Assembly: GCA_030390025.1 (NCBI GenBank)
Contig: CM059453.1
Span: forward strand, 7,564,001-7,628,000
Length of the DNA: 64,000 bases
Direction: 5' to 3'
Origin: Squalus acanthias
Taxonomy: Eukaryota
Of the stretch, positions 47,201 through 57,740 are shown piece after piece. A program made the translations under genes and the position numbers. Below the pieces are notes generated by a model. It had not been told where the DNA came from, did not search any database, and saw nothing but the letters and a program-made list of their open reading frames with translations. Each line of letters opens with the position of its first letter. Within the stretch, counting starts at the first letter, position 1.

Positions 47201-48998
47201 ACCACATCCACTGGTTCTCCCTTATCTATTTTAGCAGTTACATCCTCAAAAAATTCCAGTAGATTAGTCAAGCATGATTTACCTTTTGTAAATCCATGTT
47301 GACATTGTCCGATCCTGTCACTGTTTTTCAAGTGCTCAGCTATTACATCTTTTATAATGGACTCTAGCAATTTCCCCACTACCGATGTCAGGCTTACCGG
47401 TCTGTAATTCCCCGTTTTCTCTCTACCACCCTTTTTGAATAGTGGGGTAAAGTTTGCTACCCTCCAATCCATGGGTACTGTTCCAGATTCCATCGAATGT
47501 TGGAAGATGATCAGCAATGCATCTACTATTTCTAGGGCCACTTCCTTAAGTATCCTAGGATTTAGATTATCAGGCCCTGGGGATTTATCGGCCTTCAATC
47601 CCTTCAATTTCCCTAACACCATTTCCCTAAAAATACTGATTTCTTTCAGTTCCTCACTTTCATCAGACCCTATGTTCCCCAACATCTCTGGGAGGTTATT
47701 TGTGTCCTCCTTTGTTAAGACAGAACCAAAATATGTATTTAATTGGACTGACATTTCTTTGTTCCCCATTATAAGTTCCCCTGATTCTGACTGCAAGGGA
47801 CCTATGCTTGATTTCACTAATTTTTTTCTCTTCACATATCTATACTAGCTTTCACAGTCAGTTTTTATGTTCCCTGCAAGCTTACTCTCGTATTCTATTT
47901 TCCCCTTCTCAATTAATCTCTTTGTCCTCCTTTGTTGAATCTTAAACTGCTCCCAATCCACAGGGTTACTGCTTTTTCTGGCCAATTTATATGCCCTCTC
48001 CTTGGATCTTATGCTATCCCTAATTTCCCTTGTTAGCCATGATTGAGTCACCCTTTTTGTTTTATTCGTATGCAAACTGTGTTGAATAAATTCAGTAGTT
48101 CGTCCATGCGGTCTTTGAATGTTTGCAATTGCCTATCCACCGTCAACCTTTTGAGTGACATTCCACAATCAATCCTAGCCAACTCGCACCTCACACAATC
48201 GTAGTTTACTTTATTTAAATTCAGGACCCTAGTCTCTGATTCAACTACTTCACTCTCCATCCTAATGAAGAATTCTATCATATTATGATCGCTCCGACCC
48301 AAGGGGCCTCGCACAACAAGATTGCTAATTAATGCTTTCTCATTGCATAATACTCAGTCTACGATGGCCTGATCTCTGGTTGGTTCCTCGACATATTGTT
48401 CCAGGAACCCATCCCGTAAACACTCCAGGAATTCCTTCTCCATAGTATTGTTACTAATTTGGTTAGCCCAACCTATATGTAGATTAAAGTCATCCAAGAT
48501 GACTGCTGTGCCCTTATTGCACGCTTCTTTAATTTCCCTTTTAATGCCATCCCCAACCTCCGCATTACTGTTTGGAGATCTATATATCACTCCCACTAAC
48601 GTTTTCTGCCCCTTGTTGTTTCTCAGTGCAACCCATACAGATTCCACATCATCAGAGCTAATATCATTCCATCAAGACTTAACAACGCTCATCTCATGGA
48701 TCAGCACCATTAGAAAACTTACCAGGGAAAAAATAGTTCGATTTCTTCTGGTGCAGACAGCACACTCCCATCGCATTCTACTCCATATCTGCAATAGTTG
48801 CATATCTAACACAAATACCTTCCATTACAGAGGGACGATCAGTGTACAGAGGCTGGTCGTGGCGCCGCACAATCGACTAAACCAGCTCAGAATGAAGAGA
48901 TTGCGTACGCAACCGTCAATGTCTCCAACTTCCGCAAACATGATCAATATATTCAAAATGAGGAGACCTGCGAATATGCAGCAATTAAACAGAACTGA
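35195..48998 (+). CDS. Complete Siglec/MAG-like inhibitory receptor gene B, 8 exons, 543 aa
   Basis: Exons 35195-35237, 35872-36252, 38426-38737, 39323-39580, 40510-40797, 41617-41710, 44340-44427, 48831-48998 sum to 1632 nt, all GT-AG, in phase, no internal stop. AATAAA at 49073-49078. Confidence 0.9.
35872..36252 (+). CDS. Gene B V-set exon, Siglec-type
   Basis: CAEIRCTF (two B-strand Cys), VTWLK, RAEFKG, QCSLLL (E-strand Cys), DQGTYEFSIE with no F-strand Cys. Confidence 0.92.
38426..38737 (+). CDS. Gene B Ig domain 2 (C2-set)
   Basis: FTCSITHNCP (extra Cys as in Siglec D2), LRW, TVSSVLT..HDGKILGC; aatag|..T|gtaagt. Confidence 0.92.
39323..39580 (+). CDS. Gene B Ig domain 3
   Basis: Paralog of 1730-1987; 258 nt open. 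Confidence 0.9.
40510..40797 (+). CDS. Gene B Ig domain 4
   Basis: KPTILAGPTCTSSENWTDCSCRIRANPPGNMTW..SCVAANEHG; 288 nt. Confidence 0.9.
41617..41710 (+). CDS. Gene B transmembrane exon
   Basis: IFSWTILLIIGGGAIGLLILIAVVITVKIKR; 94 nt. Confidence 0.88.
43055..44230 (+). mobile_element. CR1 LINE 3' fragment, counterpart of 5220-6390
   Basis: KCEVIHFG, LVRPHLEYC, FAQRVVNLW; same flanks as unit 1. Confidence 0.9.
44340..44427 (+). CDS. Gene B cytoplasmic exon 1 (ITIM VIYSTV)
   Basis: KKHGEAARVSDAHDDLVIYSTVQKALNDD|gtaagt. Confidence 0.86.
45997..48669 (-). mobile_element. CR1 LINE, most of ORF2, unit 2 only, in the last intron of gene B
   Basis: ORFs 48354..48647, 48048..48314, 46555..47835 (NYRPVSLTS, QHGF, GVPQG, FADD), 46099..46551; empty site near 8140. 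Confidence 0.94.
48831..48998 (+). CDS. Gene B terminal exon (ITIM IAYATV and CEYAAI)
   Basis: ttacag|AGG GAC..EEIAYATVNVSNFRKHDQYIQNEETCEYAAIKQN*. Confidence 0.86.
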   Translation, partial: RDDQCTEAGRGAAQSTKPAQNEEIAYATVNVSNFRKHDQYIQNEETCEYAAIKQN

Positions 48999-51900
48999 AT
49001 GTTAACAGGCGTTATACTATCAGCGCGGATGGTCTTGAAACTGACAATACTTTAAAGCACCTGATGACGGAAAATAAATCAAACATTGATTTGCAACAAG
49101 GACGATGAGAATTGTGGTCTTTCAGAAAATCGGTCCCATGCTTTGATTTACGTTCCCAAAGTCGAGTTCATTGGCATAGAGTTGACAGTGTGAATTTTTC
49201 ATCAATGTATCTTTTCAATTTTTTTATCTATTCTTTGAAAATAACAATTTTACAAATCATGTCTAACATCGTCTCTGTCTGTTAATCTATTGAAATCCAT
49301 TGGCCACAGTGTGAACCCTCACAACCCGGGACCAGGTTGCCAAAAAAGTTTGCAATGAAACACCAGAGACAATGACCCTGAATTTTCGATCGGAGGCTTC
49401 CTGCAGCCGGATGCCTCCGATCGGAAAAAATCTAATAACTTACCTGCTGGTTCCATAGATACCGAGGCTTGCGATCCTGGGTCTCTCCTCTTCGAAATGC
49501 GCAGAGGCCCAAATATCCCAGGGGCGAATGCGCTTCGCAAGCTCCCCTGGGATTACGTGGGCCAGGCGAAGCAATGGAAGAAAGGAATCCCCCTTCAACC
49601 TTTTGACCGTTCCTGAAGCACAGAACTGTAAAAAGTATGAATGGGGATGACTACAAAAATGCACCAACACACTGAAAAAAATAAAGAAAAACTAACACAA
49701 ATGTAAAATCAATTAAAATGCAATATTATTAAATATTTTTTAAAAAAATAATTTTTTGAATAATAAATTTAAATGTTTTAAAGCAGCTACAAATAACCTT
49801 ACATTATTGCAAAGTTTTTTTAATATTTAAAAGATTTTAAAAATATTGTTAACGTTATTTTAAACTGTTATACTGGACGTATTAATTCTATGGCCTTAAA
49901 TCGGGCGTAAGTTGCGCAAAAAGCGCAACTCTCCACTCGCAGAGGCCCAAATCCAAGTGATGCGGAGGATCTGTCAAGAAGATTCTTGACAGATCGCAAG
50001 TGCCGGGTATTAGCGCATTCGCTTCGCATGCCTAAATCCGGAAGATGCGCGGCCCCTGCGGGTGCGTACACATCCATAGTGGACGCAAAATTCGGCGCCT
50101 AAAAATCAGGTGCTAATTTAAAGAGATCCATAATTATGCACATAGACGAGATCTGGCAGAGATCCAAATAATTTTAATTTGTAAGCCCTGGAATTGCATT
50201 GTCTGAGTTGGCAGAGTATGCCTTCGTAATAGCTTTGAGATGTGCTGTAATTCCAGATTTCTGGAACTTGCGACATGTCAACGTAAGTATTGACAGGCCA
50301 TCTGCAGGTGCTGCGATGAAGCAATCGCTGGCGCAGAGTTGGGCTATTTGCCCAATTGACTGCCCAGCAATTGATCATGTAAGTCTTACGAATGATGCAC
50401 GCGAAGAGCCTGTTTACATCAGCGTAAAGACATATCTAAGGCTGAAATAAAACATTTCAAAATCCAAATTGCATGCACATACACTGAATTAAATGTGTTT
50501 ATGCAAATACTGGCCCGATACCAGTTTTGAAGATATATGAAATTATCAAATAAATATATTTTTGTTGGCCCTGAATTTGCGGTCGGAGGCGTACTTCCGG
50601 AGTACACCTCTCACCTGCGAAACATTTCTGAACTTACCCATTGCCTCCACAGCAATGGAGAGTTCGGATCCTGGGCTTCGCGGCGTACGCCTGCTAAAGG
50701 CTCCTGTGTCACAGGGACACAGACAGTTCGGAAGCGTCCGTGGGATCGTGTAGGCCGGGTCCTCCAATGAGAATGGCGGATTCCATTGCAGTCATTTACG
50801 AAGGGAATCCGCTCATGAAGTGCAACGGAATCCACAAATAATTATACAATTCAGACAACTCTAATTATAATAAATGTTCTTTTTTTCAAATTTAATTCAA
50901 AGTCCCTCAATCACACCAAACAAAATAAATAAATATTTTTACGAAAAATAATTTTAAACATTTTAAGCCGGGCCAATATTTGCATAACCGAATTTTAACT
51001 GTCTGTGCATCATTTTCTTTATTTTTACATTTTTAAATCAATATTTATTTTAACAGTTACGCAATTGAAAGCAGGCCCTGCGCCTGCGTTTGCCAACCAT
51101 CCGTGTTTCGTGGGCAATTGCTGGGCAGTTGTTCGGTAAATAGCTCAAATGTACGCCAGTGAATGTGATTTATCTGTCGGTTTTTTGGATCTGTCAAGGC
51201 GTACCTGGACAGATCGCAAGTTCCGCGTTTGGGCGCATGCGAATACATTTGTAGACCCGGTATTTGCGGGGTCTAAACTGAAGGATTAGGATGGCACAGG
51301 TTGAGCGTATGCCGTCAAAGACAGCATAAATTCTGGCCCATTGAGTTTGGTGGAATGAAGTTTATTATGAATACAATTCCAATTCTGTTAATTGTGTAAG
51401 TTTCACATTTCGGATTCCACTGCATGTCATTAGGGAATTCAATTCGTAAATGACTGCAATGGAATTCTCGTTTGTCATTGGAGGACCAGGCCCATGTGAT
51501 CGCAAGTACGCTTCTGCACTGCCTGTGCCCCTGAGGATCCATGGGCCATTCGGCTACCCTTCGGCACGAGATCTGAGATCGCAACTTTTCGCAGCTTGGC
51601 TTCAGCAGGTACCTTCGTAATTATGTGGCGAGTCGGAGGCGTATTTCCAGCCCATCATTTATTCGGACTTATTTGATTTGAGCAGTGATTGTGCATCTGG
51701 GCTAAAAAAAAAACTCAGGACCTGTCAATCTGAATTCCGCTCACTCACGAATACACGTGACTTTCTGCTTTTTTGACGATTTAATTGGCTCCAATCAGGC
51801 TCCACCCACATAGCTAGCCATGCACCCAGGTGAAATTGCGGGAGGGTGTAATTACAGTTTGATCAGTTCACACAGACAGGTTCCATTGGAAATGAGCCCA

Positions 51901-52767
51901 AAGGAAGTTATGGTGGGAAATGTTAACAGTAATTGCATCAGATGCATTTTTGAAATATTTTCTTATTCGATCTTCTGAGTCACTCGACGCGTGGCAGGTC
52001 AGACAGTGCAGTCTCTATTACGTTTCTCTGAGGAATTCTCATTGCGAGTTTGCTTCCTCTATCTCCTCTTTCGCTACTCTCACTCTCTCGTTCACTCGTT
52101 CTCTGTTCTCTTGTGCTTCTCACCCATTAAATCTTTCCACTTCTGTCTCGCCGCCGTCTAATTCTCTATATTTCTGTAACTTTATTATGTCCTTTCAGTG
52201 TCATTGGTATTGCATGGTCCCGTTGCGGAAAGGAGTCACCAATGCCTGTATTTTGAATTTGTCCTGACATATTCAGGGAAAATGCGGCGACAACAATTAA
52301 CTTCCCATCTGTTCCCCAAACATTTATGTTTCCCCAATCTCTTCAATCGAATCACATCGCCTACCCCGTCAACTTCCCACTACTCCCTCACTTTTCTATA
52401 ATCGCCACAGTACAAAATTACCCATTAATCTGTCAACTTTGACATGCTCCTTTCTTAACCTTCAGTTCACGAGAATAGTTTCTCACAAGGGTAAAGTCAG
52501 AGCTCCCTCTCTCGCAGCTTGATTTCCCGGGGTCCATTCCCTGACGTTCCTATCCTCCTTTCCTCTTTCTTCCGCTAAAAGATGCATTTTTTGACTTCAA
52601 AATCAACCTTTTTTTTATGAAAAGGAAAATATCTTACAATATAGAAATAAACCAGAAAGACAGCCGAGAATATATAATTAGATCGATAGATAGATAGTTA
52701 GATAGACAGATAGAAAGATAGATCGTCATAACGGCAAAGAATGAGGCCATCAGCCGGAAAAATCGTG

Positions 52768-52834
52768 CCCTCCATCGGGGAATTGAACCGTCTTCCCCCA
52801 CGTAACAGGCGGGGATAGTTTCCACTATAACGGG
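52768..52834 (-). tRNA. Degenerate tRNA-Asp-derived sequence (probable pseudogene), 5' end at the gap
   Basis: Minus strand TATAGTGG..TATCCCCGCCTGTTACGTGGGG..GGTTCAATTCCCCGATGGAG resembles vertebrate tRNA-Asp(GTC) with anticodon reading GTT; T5 run just downstream. Confidence 0.7.
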
Positions 52835-53507
52835 NNNNNNNNNNNNNNNNNNNNNNNNNNNNNNNNNNNNNNNNNNNNNNNNNNNNNNNNNNNNNNNNNN
52901 NNNNNNNNNNNNNNNNNNNNNNNNNNNNNNNNNNNNNNNNNNNNNNNNNNNNNNNNNNNNNNNNNNNNNNNNNNNNNNNNNNNNNNNNNNNNNNNNNNNN
53001 NNNNNNNNNNNNNNNNNNNNNNNNNNNNNNNNNNNNNNNNNNNNNNNNNNNNNNNNNNNNNNNNNNNNNNNNNNNNNNNNNNNNNNNNNNNNNNNNNNNN
53101 NNNNNNNNNNNNNNNNNNNNNNNNNNNNNNNNNNNNNNNNNNNNNNNNNNNNNNNNNNNNNNNNNNNNNNNNNNNNNNNNNNNNNNNNNNNNNNNNNNNN
53201 NNNNNNNNNNNNNNNNNNNNNNNNNNNNNNNNNNNNNNNNNNNNNNNNNNNNNNNNNNNNNNNNNNNNNNNNNNNNNNNNNNNNNNNNNNNNNNNNNNNN
53301 NNNNNNNNNNNNNNNNNNNNNNNNNNNNNNNNNNNNNNNNNNNNNNNNNNNNNNNNNNNNNNNNNNNNNNNNNNNNNNNNNNNNNNNNNNNNNNNNNNNN
53401 NNNNNNNNNNNNNNNNNNNNNNNNNNNNNNNNNNNNNNNNNNNNNNNNNNNNNNNNNNNNNNNNNNNNNNNNNNNNNNNNNNNNNNNNNNNNNNNNNNNN
53501 NNNNNNN
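52835..53507. other. Assembly gap (673 N)
   Basis: N run at the position equivalent to the first gap. Confidence 0.99.
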
Positions 53508-53847
53508 GTTCAAATCATCAATTACACACCGCCATAAAAGTAGAGCTGAGGATTCCGCGTTAATTTGTTTAATACTAATGGACATTCCAATTAGAACGGC
53601 CGAGCTCATGTTAATAAGCTACACCGATGTCTTTTCAATGTGCTGTTTAGAATTCCAAGGGTATTCTGACACAGTGACATCTCAACACTAGTTTCTCCCT
53701 TGCACCGATCCTCAGAGTGCCATTTCAAGTTGTGTATGTTTTTAACATTCGTAAGTTATTGTCACACAGTATCATTCTGAGGCTAGTATATTATTCATGC
53801 ACAAGTATCACACTGCACCATTTAAAACCACTCCTGTACTTGTACAT

Positions 53848-54960
53848 AAGTGAGAAGTCGCACAACACCAGCTTATAGTCCAACAGTTTTATTTGAAATC
53901 ACAAGCTTTTGGAGCGGCTGCTCCTTCGTCAGGTGAAGTAAAGGAATACAAATCGACAAAGCATATATAGATAGAGAACAATGCATGTGTAACGTACAAT
54001 GGCAGACGACTACATTTAATCCTCCTGACTGCCTTTTGTCACACCTCGGCAGATAAAAAATCAGGTCAGCCAGGAAGGCACCACATCAAAGACATAGCAA
54101 GATACAACTGAGAAAATGAGGTGTGGTTACAGGGGGTCTAATGTGTCAAAAGCTGCAGTCTGTAGGGAAAACGATAAACTTTAAAACTTTTCCTTTTTTT
54201 TACAGGAAATCACATCTGTGAACAAGCCAACGATGACTCGAGTCTGGATGACTCTACGTCATGTATCGTGACATGAACACAAGATCCCGGTTGAGGCCGT
54301 CCTCATGAGTGCTTAACTTGGCTATCAGTTTCTGCTCGATGATTTTGCATTGTCGTGTGTCTCTAAGGCCGCCTTGGAGAACACTTACCCGCAGATCCGA
54401 GGCTGAATTACCTTGACTGCTGAAGTTTTCCCCGACTGGGAGGTAACAATCCTGTCTGGCGATTTTTGCGTGGTGTCCGTTCATACGTTGTCTCAGTGTC
54501 TGCATGGTCTCGTCGATGTACCATGCTGCGGTGCATTCTTTCCTGCAACGTATCAGGTAGACAACGTTGGCCGAGTCACATGAGTATGTACCATGTACCT
54601 GGTGGGTAGTGTCCTCACGTGTGATGATGGTATCTGTGTTGATGATCTGGCATGTCTTGCAGAGCTTGCCGTGGCAGGGTTGTGTGGTGTCGTGCTCGCT
54701 GTTATCCTGAAAGCTGGGTAATTTGCTGCGAACGATGGTACTTCTGAGGTTAGACGGCTGTTTGAAGGCAAGTAATGGAGTCGTGGGGATGGCCTTAGCG
54801 AGGTGTTCGTCGTCATCGATGACATGTTGAGGGCTGCGAAGAACATGGCGTAGTTTCTCCGCTCCGGGGATGTACTGGACGACGTAGGGTACCCTATTGG
54901 TTGTGTCCCGTGTTTGCCTTCTGAGGAGGTCTATGCGATTTTTCGTTGTGGCACGTCGGA
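53848..54960 (-). mobile_element. Penelope 3' fragment (GIY-YIG region), unit 2 only, 10-bp TSD
   Basis: Same family as 12861-15175; ACTTGTACAT at 53838-53847 and 54961-54970; empty site near 15963. Confidence 0.92.
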
Positions 54961-56651
54961 ACTTGTACATGGTCGAACAATATATTTTAAATGCTGTAAA
55001 TTTACCATTTCTTATCATGCAAACAAAACTCGAATATTCAAAGAGAAGAATTCCATCTGTGTCTGTTGAATGAAACTTTGAGCTCATCGATTTTCATTTT
55101 GACTTTTCATGAATTCCTGGACTGCTGCTTGTTGGAAATGCAGATCCAGCAATAAACTAATGCGAATATTGTCGATTATTATTAATAGTTTTAATTCAGG
55201 AAAAGACTGGGCCTAATTGGGAAGAAATTGCGCTTGGTGGTGTTCCTCCAGAGTACGACTCCGACCGGTGAAATAATTAGGCACCTACCTGATGGCAGCA
55301 AGGTTGCGAAAACTTGCTGTCTGAGAATGGGAGGCGGAGGGCAATGAAAGGGCTTTAAGATCCCAGGGACGCATGCGGTGCGGAAGTGTGCCTGGGGTCA
55401 CGTGGGCCTGGTCCTCCAATCACAAAGCAGAATTCGATTTTAATCATTTCCGAAGGGATACCAGTAATGAGATGTAATAGAATCACAAAACCAGTCGAAT
55501 TACAATTTACAGAATTGGAATTTAGATCGTAATTAGCATCATTCCACCAACCTCACTAAAAAATTACTTTTTTCATAATAATTTTCAACATCTTTAAAAC
55601 TATAATCTGGGCCAATATTTGTGGAAACTCATTTTATGCAGTGTATGTGTATAATTTATGGCATTAACATGTTTCAATCATGCCTGAAAAATCCCCTTAC
55701 GCAGATGCAAACATACCCTTCGCCTGTGCGCATCAACCGTAAAATTTCCATGTGCATTTTCTGGCCAGCAATTGCTTTCTCTTGGTCAGCGCGGCTGGCC
55801 TGTCAACACGTACGCTGACAGACCGCAAGATCCAGAAAGCGCATGCAGAAATCCCGAACTTGCGGTGGATTTCAAAGGAGGAATTGCACCGTACTCTACC
55901 CCACAACACCAACTACAAAATCCGGGCCAATATACAATATTGTGGCATAAGGGCACTGAGAGAACTAATTTTTACATCGCCTACCTACACCAATTGAAAA
56001 ATAACTCAGTGAAATGCGATGGGATCTCTTTTTTTGATAACTTTTAGAGTTTGAGATGGAGAGTTTGAGCAGTGCCATGGATAGGGAATGGGACAAATAT
56101 CAAAATGGGTCATCTTTAATTCATCGTTAAACTGACAGTAATTCAGAGCGAGGCTACAAAGGCGTGAAACTATTTAAACGTCACACTTCTGCAGGAGAGC
56201 TGTTGAACTGCGACTGTTGTAAACCTAACAGAGACAAGAGATGAACCGTGTGATGTGCGCATTGGCTCCTGCAATGGTTCCTTAAGATTATCGCCAATTT
56301 GTATTCCCAGTGAAATCGAAAAGAGTTGAACACAGATCGCATACAAGCCAAAAGTATTGGCTAATGGATCCAATCTAGCAGTTTGCACTGTTTATAAATG
56401 GGAAAAAGCACAACTAAATATAGGTCATAGGCTGAAATCTAACGAAGAGGTTCGAATGTGTACATGAACAGATACCCAACAATGCCTTCGCGATTGGATT
56501 CTGATATATTGTTTTGGGTGGTTTATATGTAGAATAACGGATACCCGGGAGTGAGTTACAAGCTGGAATCTAATCGAGGGGTTTATATATAGAAAGGGCT
56601 GTGCAACCAATTGATTTATTATGTACTAATTGCCTTGCTGGTTTATATCAG

Positions 56652-57740
56652 AGCTGACACATGCGTTCTGACGGTGAAGTCTACGCCAGGTGTAAAGCGG
56701 TCCCATGCTTCAAGCGCAGGTCTGTGCAAGCCTGGCAGCGGCCGCACTATGAATGACATCGACGCTAAATGGAATGAAACAGCCAGTGAACCAATTTCTG
56801 ATCACTGCCGAGTGACGCCTTCCAACCTGATCACCGTGCCCGTATCTTGGCTTAGTAAGTCCAGGGCGAGGCACAACTGTGAGCACTGAGTCAATTGGCA
56901 GCCACTGCGCATGAGTTTACAATGTTCACTGGATCCAAGAGAACAATTGAAAGTACTATAACCATGCGCTAGCCAAATTAGTTATTCATCGCAGGCGGTA
57001 GCGTAAAACTGGCATTATCGCATCGCAGGGAATTAAATAGTAAGATGGGCGTATGACTGGCGGACTTTCCGTTCTGCGCTTCCGTCCAAGAAAAATCCTA
57101 CTCCAACGTGTTCTGAAACGGAAGGATACATTGGGAACTGACAAGAACAGTCAGTTAGTTGTAAGTAGTATTACATCTCCCGTGTACTGACAGTGTGTAA
57201 CGGAATCAAATACAGTGTACCCACCGCGCCACCTACTGGCCGTAGCCAGATACTGCACATCCATCCGAACCCGCCATAATAACTATATTTGCATGTCGCT
57301 GACACACAGAATGCAAAGGTAAGAGAGACCAGAGTGAGTCTCTCTATCCCCGTATGCTGTGTTTCCCAACACTGATTCTGTTCAAATCGAAGCAGAAATC
57401 CTTCTTTGTATCGCTGCACCACGAGTTCTTTGTGTATCTGTACCACGTGTTCTTTGTCTATCTGCACCACGTGTTCTTATTGGATCTGTACCAGGTGTCC
57501 TTGGTCTACCTGTATCCCGTGTTTTTTGTGTATCTGTACCACGTGTTCTTTGTTTATCTGTACCACGTGTTCTTATTGGATCGGTACCAAGTGCTCTAGG
57601 TTTATCTGTACCACGTATTCTTTGTCTACCTGTACCCCGTTTTATTTCTGTATCTGTACCACGTGTCCTCTTTTATATGCTGCACGTGTTGTTTCTCTTG
57701 CAAAGAGACGAGCGAATATGCAGCTATTAAATTTACCTGA
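56652..57740 (+). pseudogene. Probable heavily decayed third Siglec-like gene 3' end (D4-like, TM-like and Tyr-motif exon relics)
   Basis: MTSTLNG..LGLVSPGRG..YNVH resembles D4; LTHRMQ AG|gtaag at 57318 resembles the TM exon end; LLYAA and ETSEYAAIKFT* end at 57740. Confidence 0.5.
57405..57670 (+). repeat. 24-bp minisatellite (tctgtaccacgtgttctttgtgta), ~11 units
   Basis: Visible periodicity; yields repetitive ORFs in all three plus frames. Confidence 0.9.

Noticed and set aside
35195-48998. Calling the gene MAG or CD22
   Set aside because: Four Ig domains, missing Arg, different tail and multiple tandem copies; orthology cannot be shown here.
48448-49005. 185-aa ORF as a gene
   Set aside because: Antisense CR1 joined to intron and the wrong frame of the ITIM exon.
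52698-53609. Long ORFs spanning N runs (also 15324-15663)
   Set aside because: Artefacts of translating gaps.
54254-55087. 277-aa ORF as a domesticated GIY-YIG gene
   Set aside because: N-terminus is chance read-through from the flank past the TSD; the catalytic YIG reads YID.
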